Positions 17,890 through 29,558 are shown, numbered from the stretch's first letter. The stretch: 64,000 bases of DNA from Candidatus Omnitrophota bacterium (GCA_903843285.1 CAIMPC010000039.1:44886-108885), one strand, 5' to 3'. The notes: generated by a model not told the origin, from the letters alone. A program made the numbers and translations.

Positions 17890-19545
17890 ATGCGCAGTGA
17901 TAAGATAAAAAAAGGTATTGAAAGAGCGGGTGCCAGGAGCCTATTATATGCTACAGGCATATCGAAAGAGGATATGGCCAAGCCGTTTATAGGTGTGGTG
18001 ACTTCGAGGACTGACCTTATTCCGGGCCATATTCATATGCCCAGATTAGAACGTTTCATAGAACGCGGGATTGCCTCCGGTGGCGGGGTGCCGTTCTTCT
18101 TCGGTGTTCCGGGTATTTGTGATGGTATCGCTATGGGACATACAGGGATGCGATATTCGCTCGCCTCACGTGAACTGATAGCCGATATGATAGAGTGCGT
18201 TATGAAGGCTCATTGTCTGGACGGACTGGTCTGCCTTACAAACTGCGATAAGATTACCCCCGGTATGTTAATGGCGGTAGGCCGATTGAATGTACCATCA
18301 ATAGTAGTGACTGCAGGGCCTATGATGAGCGGAAACTTAAAAGGCAGAAGACTATCGCTGGTTAAGGACACGTTCGAGGCTGTCGGAAGATGTAAAAAGG
18401 GCGAGATATCGCAGGATGAGCTGGCCGCTTTAGAGATGTGTGCATGCCCCGGCGCCGGAGCCTGTCAGGGGCTCTATACCGCGAACTCTATGGCTTGCGT
18501 CACCGAGGCCCTTGGGATGAGTGTTCCTGGATGCGCGACGGCACTTGCCGTCTCGGCGAAGAAAGATAGGATAGCTCAAGAGTCGGGTGAGAAGATCGTG
18601 GGTCTGGTGAGGCGCAATGTACTGCCGAGGACCATCTGTCGTCGTGAGGCTTTTGAGAATTCGATCAAGGTCGATATGGCGCTCGGCGGGTCCACGAACA
18701 CGGTTTTACATATAATTGCAGTGGCGAAGGAGTTTGGTATAGATATTCCTCTAGATGTATTTGATAAGATATCCAAGTCGACGCCGCACATTTCCAATAT
18801 ATTGCCCGGCGGTCAGCATTTTATGGAGGATCTGGAGTCGGCAGGTGGAATACCGGCTATAATAAAGCGCATGAAGAACCAATTAAATGATGTGATGACC
18901 GCCAGCGGGAAGTTGATAAGCCAGATAGCAAACGAGGCCCAGATACTTGACGACGATGTTATTCGCGATTATAAGGGCGCTTACCATAAAGAAGGCGGAA
19001 TAGCAGTATTGAAGGGTAATCTCGCTCCGGAAGGCGCTGTCATAAAACAGACGGCCGTTTCGGAAGCAATGATGAAGTTTAAAGGAAAGGCTCGCGTCTT
19101 CGATTCGGAAGAATTGGCGATGCAGGCCATAATGGCAGTAAAGATAAAAAAGGGTGATTGCGTGGTTATCCGCTATGAAGGACCGAAGGGTGGGCCGGGT
19201 ATGAGAGAGATGTTGTCTCCGACGGCGGCTATAGTCGGAATGGGTTTGGCTGACGATGTTGCGCTTATCACCGATGGAAGGTTTTCAGGCGGCACGCAGG
19301 GACCTTGTATAGGTCATATTTCACCCGAGGCCCAGGAGGGCGGGCCAATAGCGATAATCCAGGAAGGCGATGAGATAATCATCGATATCCCTGCGAGGAA
19401 GATAGAATTGAACGTTGCGGAATCGGAAATAAAGGCGCGTCTTGCGAAATGGAGAGCTCCGGAGCCCAAAGAGAAGGAAGGGTATCTGGCGCGTTATGCG
19501 AAGGCTGTTACTTCCGCATCCGAAGGAGCAGTGTTAAAGGCATGA
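17890..19545 (+). CDS. ilvD: dihydroxy-acid dehydratase
   Basis: [47 protein letters not shown] and TDGRFSG. Confidence 0.97.
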   Translation: MRSDKIKKGIERAGARSLLYATGISKEDMAKPFIGVVTSRTDLIPGHIHMPRLERFIERGIASGGGVPFFFGVPGICDGIAMGHTGMRYSLASRELIADMIECVMKAHCLDGLVCLTNCDKITPGMLMAVGRLNVPSIVVTAGPMMSGNLKGRRLSLVKDTFEAVGRCKKGEISQDELAALEMCACPGAGACQGLYTANSMACVTEALGMSVPGCATALAVSAKKDRIAQESGEKIVGLVRRNVLPRTICRREAFENSIKVDMALGGSTNTVLHIIAVAKEFGIDIPLDVFDKISKSTPHISNILPGGQHFMEDLESAGGIPAIIKRMKNQLNDVMTASGKLISQIANEAQILDDDVIRDYKGAYHKEGGIAVLKGNLAPEGAVIKQTAVSEAMMKFKGKARVFDSEELAMQAIMAVKIKKGDCVVIRYEGPKGGPGMREMLSPTAAIVGMGLADDVALITDGRFSGGTQGPCIGHISPEAQEGGPIAIIQEGDEIIIDIPARKIELNVAESEIKARLAKWRAPEPKEKEGYLARYAKAVTSASEGAVLKA

Positions 19546-21218
19546 AGATGACGGGGGCTGAGATACTGATAGAGTGCTTAAAACGCGAGAAAGTCGAAGT
19601 ATTGTTCGGCTATCCCGGAGGGCAGGTATTGCCTATATTTGACAAACTCTATGACGCGCCGATTAAGTTTATCCTCGTCCGACATGAACAGGCTGCTGCG
19701 CATGCGGCGGATGGTTATGCCCGCGCTACAGGCAAGACCGGGGTTTGCCTCGCAACCTCCGGACCGGGTGCAACTAACCTGGTTACGGGCATCGCTACGG
19801 CATATATGGATTCCATTCCGATGGTCGCGATAACCGGCCAGGTGAAATCATTCCTGATCGGTAATGATGCATTCCAGGAGGCAGATATAACAGGCATAAC
19901 CAGGCCGATTACCAAACATAATTATCTGGTCGAGGATATTAAAGATTTGGCGCGTATAATGAAAGAGGCGTTCCATATAGCCTCGACTGGACGCCCCGGG
20001 CCGGTACTGGTGGACATACCATCAGATATTCAGATGCAGCAATGCGAATTCGAGTATCCGGATAAAGTTTCGATACGCGGATATAATCCGACATATATCG
20101 GGCATGTAGGTCAGATAAAGCGAGCCGCTAAGGCCATATCTGAAGCGAAGAAGCCTATATTATATGTGGGCGGTGGCGCCATCATATCGAACGCCTCGGA
20201 AGAGGTGACAGAGCTGGCCATAAACAACGAGATACCGGTTACGATGACGCTTTTAGGACTAGGCGCATTTCCTTCCACCCACGAGCTATCACTGGGAATG
20301 CTCGGGATGCACGGAACAGCTTATGCGAATCACTCGATAATGGATTCGGATCTTATTATCTCTGTGGGCGCCAGATTCGATGACAGGGTTACGGGAAAAG
20401 TAGATGCATTTGCGCCGCATGCCAAGGTCATTCATATCGATATAGATCCCGCCAGCGTCTCTAAGAATGTCGAGGTTGATATACCGATAGTCGGTGACGC
20501 TAAACTTGTTTTAAAAGAACTGAACAAATTCGTGAAGAAACCTGATACAAAGGATTGGATTAAGACTGTAGCGGAGTGGAAAAACAAATACTCATTAAAA
20601 TATAAAGACGATAACACTCTTAGGCCCCAGTATATATTGGAGCAGATATATGAGGCGACCAAAGGTGATGCCATAATCTGTACCGAGGTAGGTCAAAATC
20701 AGATGTGGGCCGCTCAATTCTTCAAATTCACTAAACCCAGGACCATGCTATCGTCGGGTGGACTCGGGACTATGGGCTATGGTTTTCCCGCCGCGATAGG
20801 CGCTCAGCTGGGTAAGCCCGATGCGCACGTATTTGACATCGCAGGTGACGGATCTATTCAGATGAATATACAGGAATTGGCGACGTCTGTGGCAAATAAA
20901 CTGCCGATTAAGATCGTCATACTGAATAATTGCTATCTTGGCATGGTCAGACAGTGGCAGGAGCTATTTTATAATCACAGATATTCCTACACATGTTTAA
21001 ATGGCACCGAGCCGGACTTTGTTAAGCTTGCGGATGCTTACGGGGCGGTTGGTATGCTTATTACGAAGAAGGAAGATGTTCGTTCGGCAATAGATAAGGC
21101 CCTGGCGATAAATAATACGGTTATCATGGACTTCCGCATTGAGCGCGAGGAGAATGTCTATCCGATGGTGCCGGCAGGCGAGGCTATCAATAAGATGATC
21201 GGCGGAGGGCTAGCGTGA
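19542..21218 (+). CDS. ilvB: acetolactate synthase large subunit
   Basis: [34 protein letters not shown] and the GDGS...NN TPP motif; start set to the ATG overlapping the ilvD stop. Confidence 0.97.
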   Translation: MKMTGAEILIECLKREKVEVLFGYPGGQVLPIFDKLYDAPIKFILVRHEQAAAHAADGYARATGKTGVCLATSGPGATNLVTGIATAYMDSIPMVAITGQVKSFLIGNDAFQEADITGITRPITKHNYLVEDIKDLARIMKEAFHIASTGRPGPVLVDIPSDIQMQQCEFEYPDKVSIRGYNPTYIGHVGQIKRAAKAISEAKKPILYVGGGAIISNASEEVTELAINNEIPVTMTLLGLGAFPSTHELSLGMLGMHGTAYANHSIMDSDLIISVGARFDDRVTGKVDAFAPHAKVIHIDIDPASVSKNVEVDIPIVGDAKLVLKELNKFVKKPDTKDWIKTVAEWKNKYSLKYKDDNTLRPQYILEQIYEATKGDAIICTEVGQNQMWAAQFFKFTKPRTMLSSGGLGTMGYGFPAAIGAQLGKPDAHVFDIAGDGSIQMNIQELATSVANKLPIKIVILNNCYLGMVRQWQELFYNHRYSYTCLNGTEPDFVKLADAYGAVGMLITKKEDVRSAIDKALAINNTVIMDFRIEREENVYPMVPAGEAINKMIGGGLA

Positions 21219-21730
21219 AGCACACGATATCTGTGTTGGTCGAGAACAAGTTTGGAGTGCTAGCCCGCATATCGGGACTATTCAGCGCACGAGGTTTCAA
21301 CATATCGAGCCTGGCTGTAGGAGAGACCGAGGATCCCACAGTTTCGCGTATGACGATAGTTGTTGAAGGCGACGATAAGACGCTGGAACAGATAAAGAAG
21401 CAGTCCAATAAACTCATAGACGTTATTAAGGTTATAGATTATAGAGAGGGAGAATTTATTGACAGAGAGCTTATTTTGATAAAGATCTCCTTCACCTCTA
21501 AGAATAAGAAAGATCTCCTCGCAGCGGTCGATGCCGCGGGCGGTAAAGTGGAATCATCCGGTGACAGATCGATCTGTGTGGAAGCCTCGGGGGATAGGGC
21601 AAAGATAAAGACGATATTGGAATTATTAAAACCTTTCGGTATCCTGGAAGTCGTTAGGACCGGCAGGATAGCGATAGATACGACTGATAAAGGATTAAAG
21701 GCTGACGGAAAACCTGAAGTTAACGAGTAG
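21215..21730 (+). CDS. ilvN: acetolactate synthase small (regulatory) subunit
   Basis: VENKFGVLARISGLFSARGFNI.SL.V ACT domain; EVVRTG. Confidence 0.95.
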   Translation: MKHTISVLVENKFGVLARISGLFSARGFNISSLAVGETEDPTVSRMTIVVEGDDKTLEQIKKQSNKLIDVIKVIDYREGEFIDRELILIKISFTSKNKKDLLAAVDAAGGKVESSGDRSICVEASGDRAKIKTILELLKPFGILEVVRTGRIAIDTTDKGLKADGKPEVNE

Positions 21731-21748
21731 AAAGGGGAGTAGAGAAAG

Positions 21749-22738
21749 ATGGCAAAGATTTACTATGATAAGGACGCGGATTTAGATATTTTAAAGGGTA
21801 AAAAGATTGCTGTTATAGGTTATGGCATACAGGGAAGAGGCCAAAGCTTAAATCTCAAAGAATCCGGGCTCGATGTTATAGTTAGCGAACTTCCCGGCAC
21901 AAAGAATTTTGAACAGGCGAAGATTGATGGATTCAACCCGATTCCTGCGGACGAAGCATCGAAGCAGGCAGACCTGGTCCAGATACTGACGGAAGACCAT
22001 GTGCAGGCGAAGGTTTATCAAGATCTCATCGCAAAGAATATGACGAAGGGAAAGACGCTCCTATTCTCCCATGGATTTAATATACGCTTTAAACAAATAA
22101 AGCCGAACAAGAAGATTGATGTCATCATGGTTGCTCCAAAGGGCCCAGGGGCATTATGCAGAAGGATGTACGAAGAGGGTAAGGGCGTACCTTGCCTTAT
22201 CGCGATATACCAGGATGCGACCGGCAATGCTAAGAAGACTGCGCTTGCGTATGCGAAAGGTATTGGCGGCACCAGAGCAGGAGTTATCGAGACGACATTT
22301 CAGGAGGAGACTGAGACCGACTTATTCGGCGAACAGGCTGTCCTGTGCGGCGGGACTAGCGAATTGATCTTAGCAGGGTTCGATACACTGATCGAGGCAG
22401 GGTATCAGCCGGAGATCGCGTATTTCGAAGTACTGCATGAGCTTAAGCTGATTACGGATCTGATTCAGGAGTACGGGATAAGCGGAATGAGACGTAGGGT
22501 ATCAAATACAGCGTGCTACGGTGATGTATCACGCGGCAAGCGCATCATTACCGAGAGAACGCGCAAAGAGATGAAGAAGATGTTGAGGGAGATAGTTTCC
22601 GGCAAATTTGCCCGAGAGTGGATAAAAGAGAACGAGCTGGGCAGGCCGAATTTTAACAAGATGCTGAAGGATGGAGATGCGCATCCCATAGAGAAAGTCG
22701 GACAGGATCTGCGTAAGATGATGCCCTGGATGGGGTAG
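21749..22738 (+). CDS. ilvC: ketol-acid reductoisomerase
   Basis: IGYGIQG, FSHGFNI, APKGPG and [16 protein letters not shown]. Confidence 0.97.
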   Translation: MAKIYYDKDADLDILKGKKIAVIGYGIQGRGQSLNLKESGLDVIVSELPGTKNFEQAKIDGFNPIPADEASKQADLVQILTEDHVQAKVYQDLIAKNMTKGKTLLFSHGFNIRFKQIKPNKKIDVIMVAPKGPGALCRRMYEEGKGVPCLIAIYQDATGNAKKTALAYAKGIGGTRAGVIETTFQEETETDLFGEQAVLCGGTSELILAGFDTLIEAGYQPEIAYFEVLHELKLITDLIQEYGISGMRRRVSNTACYGDVSRGKRIITERTRKEMKKMLREIVSGKFAREWIKENELGRPNFNKMLKDGDAHPIEKVGQDLRKMMPWMG

Positions 22739-23000
22739 AGATTTTTCGGCCGCTTAGCGGCTGGGTGGACACTCGGCGGCCACCTTCCGCTTGTCGCAAA
22801 TTTGCATCAGGCGTGCAAATTTGCTGTTGTAAAAATGCGATGGCCAATGAACCTGACCGGAGATATAGTTACAGAGCAGTTTCATTGTCCTGGTGTACCG
22901 CCAAATAGGTATCGCATTTTTACGAAAGTCGCTCCAGGTGGACCGTCAAGTATCCCCGAATGGTACAATTTACAAGGTCAGGCGGGGACCCGAAGGATAT
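22737..23000 (+). repeat. family B structured element (long copy with an extra internal hairpin)
   Basis: AGAGATTTTTCG at the ilvC stop; CCTTCCGCTTGTCG; GCAAATTTGCA/TGCAAATTTGC hairpin; perfect 13-bp IR GTAAAAATGCGAT (22829-22841) / ATCGCATTTTTAC (22911-22923); AAAGTCG. Confidence 0.82.
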
Positions 23001-23017
23001 TTTTGCAGGAGAGAGTG

Positions 23018-24535
23018 ATGAATAACGAGAACAAGATAATAATATTCGACACAACGCTGAGGGATGGGGAACAGTGTCCCGGCGCCAGCCTGAATATTAA
23101 GGAGAAGCTCGAGATAGCTAAACAATTAGCCATTCTCGGTGTTGATATAATTGAGGCAGGTTTTCCGGTATCAAGCCCCGGTGATTTCGAATCCGTTAAG
23201 ACGGTTGCCAGGAACGTTAAAGGGCCCATAATATGCGGATTGGCCCGGGCGCTGGAGAAGGATATAGACGCATCTTATGGAGCTGTAAAATTCAGCGACA
23301 GGCCCAGGATACACATATTCTTAGCCACTTCGAAGATACATATGAAGTACAAGCTGAAGAAAGCGGAGGACGAAATCCTGAGACTGGCCGTTGCCGCTGT
23401 AAAATATGCAAAGTCTAAGGTATCGGATGTGGAGTTCTCTCCTGAAGATGCTTCCCGCACCGAGCCGGCGTTTCTCCATAAGGTTGTAGAGGCTGTTATA
23501 GCCGCCGGGGCAAGCACTGTAAATATACCGGATACCGTAGGCTACAGCACGCCTTTCGAGTTTGCAGACATCATCAGCGGTATTAAAAAGAATGTACCAA
23601 ATATCGACAAGTGCGTCATAAGCGTACATTGCCATAACGATCTGGGGCTTGGTGTATCTAATTCGCTGGCGGCCATACTGAATGGCGCGCGTCAGGTAGA
23701 ATGCACGATGAATGGTCTGGGCGAGAGGGCCGGGAATGCATCGCTGGAAGAGATAGTCATGGCTATAAAGACGAGAAATGACATCTTCAAAGGTATGTGT
23801 ACCGGAGTTAATACCAAAGAGATATATAAAAGTTCCAGGCTGGTTTCTAAATTGACCGGAATGCCGGTCCAACCTAATAAGGCCATAATAGGCGCGAATG
23901 CCTTTGCGCATGAATCCGGAATTCATCAGGATGGCGTGTTGAAGAAGCGTATAACCTATGAAATTATGAGGCCTGAGGACGTCGGCTTCGAGGAGTCAAA
24001 GATAGTATTAGGCAAGCATTCCGGAAGGCATGCTTTTGACTCCAGGCTGAAAAATTTAGGCCTTCACCTTAAGCAGTCGGACCTTAATAAAGCGTTTGAG
24101 AAATTCAAAGTGCTGGCCGATAAGAAGAAAGAGATCTTCGATGAAGACCTGGAAGCGATCATCGATGAAGAGATATCAAAGGTGCCCGAGAAGGTGCATC
24201 TGATCCATTTCCACACAGCATCCGGCGATCGAGTAAAGCCAACAGCGGTTCTCACAATTCGTTATAACGGCAAAGTATTGGATGCGAGCTCTACCGGTGA
24301 CGGCCCGGTCGATGCCTGTTATAAGGCTATCGACAAGATAACGGGTATTTCCGGTAAGCTTATGGACTACCAGATACGCTCTGTGACCAGAGGCAAAGAC
24401 GCTCTCGGCGAGGTATCGGTGAAGGTTGAGTCTAAGGGTAAGATTTTTTCAGGCAGAGGCGCGAGCACAGACATAATCGAGGCAAGCATAAAGGCGTATG
24501 TCAATGCTATCAATAAGCGCGCTATAGCCGGTTAA
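23018..24535 (+). CDS. leuA: 2-isopropylmalate synthase
   Basis: [53 protein letters not shown] and GPVDA; start after CAGGAG (the ORF-track extension runs through the repeat). Confidence 0.97.
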   Translation: MNNENKIIIFDTTLRDGEQCPGASLNIKEKLEIAKQLAILGVDIIEAGFPVSSPGDFESVKTVARNVKGPIICGLARALEKDIDASYGAVKFSDRPRIHIFLATSKIHMKYKLKKAEDEILRLAVAAVKYAKSKVSDVEFSPEDASRTEPAFLHKVVEAVIAAGASTVNIPDTVGYSTPFEFADIISGIKKNVPNIDKCVISVHCHNDLGLGVSNSLAAILNGARQVECTMNGLGERAGNASLEEIVMAIKTRNDIFKGMCTGVNTKEIYKSSRLVSKLTGMPVQPNKAIIGANAFAHESGIHQDGVLKKRITYEIMRPEDVGFEESKIVLGKHSGRHAFDSRLKNLGLHLKQSDLNKAFEKFKVLADKKKEIFDEDLEAIIDEEISKVPEKVHLIHFHTASGDRVKPTAVLTIRYNGKVLDASSTGDGPVDACYKAIDKITGISGKLMDYQIRSVTRGKDALGEVSVKVESKGKIFSGRGASTDIIEASIKAYVNAINKRAIAG

Positions 24536-24635
24536 AATTTCTTAGTCTGAAAATTTAACTGTCCGCTCCGGTCGCATCCCGACGCCGTATATGGCGCGAA
24601 GATAGATCAGGCGGAATTTTTTTTGAAAGCATATT

Positions 24636-25505
24636 ATGACTAAGCAGATATATGGAATAGTCGGGCATCCTGTAAAGCACTCGTTATCACCGGCAATGCA
24701 GAATGCCGCTTTTAACCATCTTGAGATTAGTGCTGAATATAGATTATTTGAGGTATCAGATGCCGATTTCGATAAATTTCTCGACAAAATACGGGAAGAG
24801 AGGGATGTCGCAGGGCTTAACATTACGATCCCGCATAAGATAAGAGCTAAGGAATACCTGGAGCGTGTAGGTTCGCTCGACGAAAATGCCGCGAAGCTCG
24901 GAGCGGTAAATACGATAAAGATTGCGGTCGATGGACAGATGAAGGGATTTAATACGGATGGCCCGGGATTCTATAGGTCGCTTGTTCAGGATTTGAAGTT
25001 TGAGCCTGAGGGCAAGAATATATTCGTATTGGGTTCGGGCGGCGCCGCGAAGGCAGTAGCGATGTTTCTTGGCAGTAAGGCTGGCACGATATTCGTCTTT
25101 GATACGGATAGAGATAAGATGAGCGCGCTCAGAAACCATTATGCGAAATATTTCGATGTTATGAAGCTGAATCTGGTTTCAGGCGCCGGTCGCATAAAAG
25201 AGTCTTTGGATAATTGTGATCTGCTTATTAATGCGACTCCGGTGGGCATGAAGGATTCGGACGTATCGCCGATAGCTAAAAAATTTCTAAGGCCGGATCT
25301 GTGCGTCTACGATCTGGTCTACAACAGGCCCTCTACACAGCTGATAAGAGATGCTCGTGAGGCTGGAGCTTGCGCTTTAACAGGAGTAGGTATGTTGTTA
25401 TATCAAGGCGCTCTGGCATTCGAAATCTGGACCGGCAAGAGCGCGCCGATAGATATTATGAGACGAGCCCTCGAGGGATCCATTAAGGATAACTATGGTT
25501 TATAG
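24636..25505 (+). CDS. aroE: shikimate dehydrogenase
   Basis: G.PVKHSLSP.MQN, NITIPHK, GAVNT, NTDG.G, GSGGAA, NATPVGM and MLLYQG. Confidence 0.96.
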   Translation: MTKQIYGIVGHPVKHSLSPAMQNAAFNHLEISAEYRLFEVSDADFDKFLDKIREERDVAGLNITIPHKIRAKEYLERVGSLDENAAKLGAVNTIKIAVDGQMKGFNTDGPGFYRSLVQDLKFEPEGKNIFVLGSGGAAKAVAMFLGSKAGTIFVFDTDRDKMSALRNHYAKYFDVMKLNLVSGAGRIKESLDNCDLLINATPVGMKDSDVSPIAKKFLRPDLCVYDLVYNRPSTQLIRDAREAGACALTGVGMLLYQGALAFEIWTGKSAPIDIMRRALEGSIKDNYGL

Positions 25506-25518
25506 CTTGCACTATGGC

Positions 25519-26283
25519 ATGGATAAATTACTGGTATTTATTATAGGAGCTATGATAGGTAGTTTTCTGAATGTATGCATATACAGGATACCGAACGCAG
25601 AATCAATAATATTTCCACCGTCTCATTGTCCTAAGTGCAGTAAGAGAATTAAGTGGTACGATAATATTCCGATATTGAGTTATATAGTGCTAATGGGACG
25701 TTGTGGGCACTGCCGGAGAAGAATACCTATCCGCTATCTGATAGTTGAGGTGCTTACGGCTGTGCTGATACTGCTACTATATAGGACCTTCGGGATCAGC
25801 ACTAAATTTTTTACATATTCTGCCTTTACGAGCGTGCTTATTGTGGTAACTTTCATAGATATTGCAACGATGGAGATACCGGATTCGCTGTCTCTCGGAG
25901 GCCTTGTGATGGGAGTGGTATTGTCGGCGATATTTCCGGTGCTATTCAATAGCGCGTCGAGGATGGAGAGTCTTCTGGGATCCGTTATTGGGGCATTAGT
26001 CGGGGGGATGATAATCTATATTATGGGAGTCATCGGTAAACTGATATTTAAGAAAGAGGCTATGGGCGGGGGAGATGTAAAATTGATGGCGATGATAGGC
26101 TCTTTTCTGGGCTGGAAGCTTGCGCTATTCACGTTCTTCATCGCGCCGATATTCGGCGCGGTCTTCGGGTTAGTTATGAAGATGAGGGATGGGCGGGATA
26201 CGATTGCCTATGGGCCCTATCTATCTCTTGCGGCTGTGATCACTATATTTTTTTCTAAGTTTCTACTTGGGCTTTTAGCTTAG
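25519..26283 (+). CDS. pilD: type IV prepilin peptidase
   Basis: GSFLNVCIYRIP, SHCPKC, WYDNIP, GRCGHC and MGGGDVKL; alternative start at 25495. Confidence 0.93.
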   Translation: MDKLLVFIIGAMIGSFLNVCIYRIPNAESIIFPPSHCPKCSKRIKWYDNIPILSYIVLMGRCGHCRRRIPIRYLIVEVLTAVLILLLYRTFGISTKFFTYSAFTSVLIVVTFIDIATMEIPDSLSLGGLVMGVVLSAIFPVLFNSASRMESLLGSVIGALVGGMIIYIMGVIGKLIFKKEAMGGGDVKLMAMIGSFLGWKLALFTFFIAPIFGAVFGLVMKMRDGRDTIAYGPYLSLAAVITIFFSKFLLGLLA

Positions 26284-26313
26284 ACGAATGCGACAAAATC
26301 AGAAAGGGATAAT

Positions 26314-27438
26314 ATGATCAGATATTTAACCGGCGGTGAATCTCATGGCAGGACGATGACGGCCATACTTGATGGCATGCCTTCGGGCCTTAGCATAAAA
26401 GAATCGACTATTAATAATGATCTTTATCGTCGTATGCTTGGTTACGGCAGAGGGAAGCGCATGAAGATCGAGGCCGATAAGGTGCAGATCATTTCGGGAC
26501 TCAGAAGATCGGTTACGATGGGTAGTCCCATAACGTTAGCCATTAACAATGTCGACCATTCGATTGATAGACTACCCGTGGTGCTTAACGCGCGCCCGGG
26601 ACATGCCGACCTGTCAGGTGTTATGAAGTATGATCTGAAAGACATCAGGAGCGTCTTGGAGAGGGCTAGCGCCCGGGAGACTGTGTCCAGGGTTTCGGTC
26701 GGCGCTGTCTGTAAGGCGCTATTGGCAGAGTTTGGAATTGAGATCGCGAGCCATGTTGTCGCAATAGGCGGTGTGGAGGCCCAGACGAAAGACCTAGGAT
26801 TTGATCGCCTTGTGTCGAAGGCTGAGAGGTCGCCTGTGAGATGCGCTGACTCCGATGCCTCAGGGTTAATGTGCGCTGAGATAGATGATGCAACGGAGGA
26901 AGGCGATACCTTGGGCGGTGTATTTGAGCTTATTGCCAGAGGCGTGCCCGTAGGACTCGGTAGCTACACTCAATGGGATAGGCGCATAGAAGCGCGATTA
27001 TCATATGCGGTGATGTCGATACAGGCTGTAAGAGGCGTGAGCTTCGGTGCCGGATTTGAAATGGCTGGCATGAGAGGTTCGATGGTTCATGACGAGATAT
27101 TCCATGATAAGAAGAGGGGTTTTTACAGGACAACCAATAATGCCGGCGGCATCGAAGGTGGAATGACCACAGGCGAAGCTATAGTAATACAGGCCGTTAT
27201 GAAGCCGATAGCCACGCTTATGTCCCCGCTATCCAGTGTAAATATAAGAACTAAGGCGAAGGCGTTGGCAAACGTGGAGCGGTCAGATGTCTGTGCGGTC
27301 CCGGCAGCCGGGGTTGTAGGTGAGGCGGTTATGGCAATAGAGCTTGCCAATGCGATGATAGAGAAATTCGGAGGTGATTCATTGCGGGAGATGAAGCGTA
27401 ATTATGGCGGATACCTGGATCAGATAAAGAAGATATGA
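26314..27438 (+). CDS. aroC: chorismate synthase
   Basis: TGGESHG, RPGHADL, ERASARET, NNAGGIEGG.T.G, MKPI.TL and ERSDVC. Confidence 0.97.
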   Translation: MIRYLTGGESHGRTMTAILDGMPSGLSIKESTINNDLYRRMLGYGRGKRMKIEADKVQIISGLRRSVTMGSPITLAINNVDHSIDRLPVVLNARPGHADLSGVMKYDLKDIRSVLERASARETVSRVSVGAVCKALLAEFGIEIASHVVAIGGVEAQTKDLGFDRLVSKAERSPVRCADSDASGLMCAEIDDATEEGDTLGGVFELIARGVPVGLGSYTQWDRRIEARLSYAVMSIQAVRGVSFGAGFEMAGMRGSMVHDEIFHDKKRGFYRTTNNAGGIEGGMTTGEAIVIQAVMKPIATLMSPLSSVNIRTKAKALANVERSDVCAVPAAGVVGEAVMAIELANAMIEKFGGDSLREMKRNYGGYLDQIKKI

Positions 27439-27956
27439 TGAAGAATATAGTACTGGTCGGATTTATGGGTACCGGTAAGACGACGATAGCGACCGGACTG
27501 TCGCATAGGCTCGGTATGCGGTATGTTTCAACCGATAGCTTGATCGAAAAACGCGAGAATCGCACGATCAATGAGATATTTACTGATAGCGGAGAAGAAT
27601 ATTTTCGGGGAATCGAAAGTTCAATAATAAGAGACGTCTCCTGCATGGACGGCCTTGTGATCGATACGGGAGGCGGAGCGATGATACGCGATGAGAATGT
27701 TGCGTATATGAAGTCGAACGGTATCATCGTATGCCTCACAGCCCGGGAAGATGTGATAATGGAGCGGACGAAGAAATATAAACACCGCCCACTGCTGAAT
27801 GTCGAAGATCCTAAGAGAAAGATCAGGGATCTTATTGCAAAACGTGCGCCGTACTATGCTAAGGCGGATTATACGATCGATACGGGTGAATTAACGGCAA
27901 GGCAGGTAATTGAAAAGATAGCTGAGATAGCGGAATTGGGATCGAAGACGAAATAG
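27435..27956 (+). CDS. aroK: shikimate kinase
   Basis: GFMGTGKTT, IF...GEEYFR..E, TGGG and RPLL. Confidence 0.95.
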   Translation: MMKNIVLVGFMGTGKTTIATGLSHRLGMRYVSTDSLIEKRENRTINEIFTDSGEEYFRGIESSIIRDVSCMDGLVIDTGGGAMIRDENVAYMKSNGIIVCLTAREDVIMERTKKYKHRPLLNVEDPKRKIRDLIAKRAPYYAKADYTIDTGELTARQVIEKIAEIAELGSKTK

Positions 27957-27966
27957 GAAGCGCTGT

Positions 27967-28278
27967 ATGAAGCGAAATGCCAGATTATGGATCGGAGTGA
28001 CGGTTCTTACCATCATACTGGTAAACTATATTCTTATAGGTGTGCCGCTTCTGTCGAAATCGAGATCGATCCAGGGTAGGGCAAAGACAATTCTAATGAA
28101 GCAGATTAAGTCAGGCAGTATATTCAGCACTTCGGACGATGAGTATATGCTCGAGATATTCCGCAAAGAGAAGGCGACGATTGATACGAAGGTTATGGTA
28201 TTGAACGGGATAGCGGTAACGCTGGCGTTTATCGCAGGCAGCTGGACAATATTTGGTTTGATATTTAAGGGGAAATGA
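27967..28278 (+). CDS. small hypothetical membrane protein (two hydrophobic segments)
   Basis: ORF in operon position with AGGA upstream; N- and C-terminal TM-like stretches. Confidence 0.7.
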   Translation: MKRNARLWIGVTVLTIILVNYILIGVPLLSKSRSIQGRAKTILMKQIKSGSIFSTSDDEYMLEIFRKEKATIDTKVMVLNGIAVTLAFIAGSWTIFGLIFKGK

Positions 28279-28477
28279 TTTTTCGGCAACAACGGACAGG
28301 CGTTTACTTTTGGGTGGTACCTTCGCTTGTCGTTCGCTCGGATTAGCCATCCTCGCTCACTGTTGATAAAATTTCGATGGTGAAGCCTGTATCGGCATAA
28401 GGTATCGAAATTTTATAAAGTCGCTACGGCACGCACCCAAAAGTTCCGCCATCTGACATATGTACGAAAAATCTCTA
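28277..28477 (+). repeat. family B structured element (most complete copy, both ends intact)
   Basis: GATTTTTCG...CGAAAAATCTCTA ends; ACTTTTGGGTG/CACCCAAAAGT stem; perfect 13-bp IR ATAAAATTTCGAT (28366-28378) / ATCGAAATTTTAT (28404-28416). Confidence 0.85.
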
Positions 28478-28596
28478 GGGTGGAGAGTAGCAGAGACTTA
28501 TATTGCTGATCTGTGCCGCAATCATGGCTTTATGAAGCGGCGAAATAAATTCATCGCCGCGAATAAAGGCATGAGTGCGATGATGCAAAGGTTATT

Positions 28597-29508
28597 ATGG
28601 CAATACGAAAGATAACATTAGACGATCCGGAATATCCGAAGAACCTGCGGAACATACACAGGCCTCCGAAGCAGCTCTATGTCAATGGCACGCTACTCGA
28701 GACCGACGAAGTCGCGGTGGCTCTCGTAGGATCGCGTAGGGCGTCACTCTACGGCATGGAGACCAGCGAGAAACTCGGATACGAGCTTGCCTTACGAGGC
28801 GTAACTGTAGTTAGCGGTATGGCGCGCGGAATAGATACTTCTGCTCATAGAGGCGCGCTGAAGGCCAAAGGAAGGACGATCGCGGTTATGGGCAGCGGAC
28901 ATGGCCATATATATCCTTCCGAGAATATTAAGCTTTACGACGAGATTATTAAGTGTGGAGCGGTCGTCACAGAATTTGAGAATGACATGGAACCTATAGC
29001 GTATAACTTCCCGCAGCGGAATCGCATAATAAGCGGTTTATCGCTCGGAGTGGTAGTAGTCGAGGCAGCTAAGGATTCAGGCGCTTTAATAACGGCAACT
29101 ATGGCGGCCGAACAAGGCAGAGAGGTATTTGCGCTGCCCGGCAGGATATCGTCTACGACCAGCTCCGGCACGAACTCACTTATTAAGGATGGGGCTAAGC
29201 TGGTGCAATCTATAGACGATATACTGGAAGAGCTGCACTTGCACCAGGTTAAATCCACCGACGCCGACGGAAGTAATAGTTCCCATAGCGGCAAAATAGC
29301 CAGAATGACAAAGGCGTATATTTACAATTCACTTACAGATATTGAGCGAAAAGTATATGAAGCAATATCGGATGAGCCGACGTATATAGACAACATTTTA
29401 GATAAGGCAGGCCTGGATGCATCGAAAGGGTCTAAAGCATTACTTAGTTTGCAGTTGAAGAAGCTCGTTATGGAAGTTCCGGGAAAGCAATATCTGCGTA
29501 AGGAATAG
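28597..29508 (+). CDS. dprA: DNA-processing protein DprA (short N-terminus)
   Basis: YP..L..I..PP, VGSR, VSGMARGID..AH, FPQRNRIISGLS, VVEA...SG.LITA and QGREVFALPG; precedes topA. Confidence 0.95.
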   Translation: MAIRKITLDDPEYPKNLRNIHRPPKQLYVNGTLLETDEVAVALVGSRRASLYGMETSEKLGYELALRGVTVVSGMARGIDTSAHRGALKAKGRTIAVMGSGHGHIYPSENIKLYDEIIKCGAVVTEFENDMEPIAYNFPQRNRIISGLSLGVVVVEAAKDSGALITATMAAEQGREVFALPGRISSTTSSGTNSLIKDGAKLVQSIDDILEELHLHQVKSTDADGSNSSHSGKIARMTKAYIYNSLTDIERKVYEAISDEPTYIDNILDKAGLDASKGSKALLSLQLKKLVMEVPGKQYLRKE

Positions 29509-29558
29509 CAGCCGTTTATAGCCTTAGCTTTCTCAAATAGATAAGATCGGAGAGCATA

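Noticed and set aside
22802-23017. 72-codon extension of leuA or a leucine attenuator peptide
   Set aside because: The sequence is a family B repeat, there is no Leu-rich leader, and a good RBS precedes 23018.
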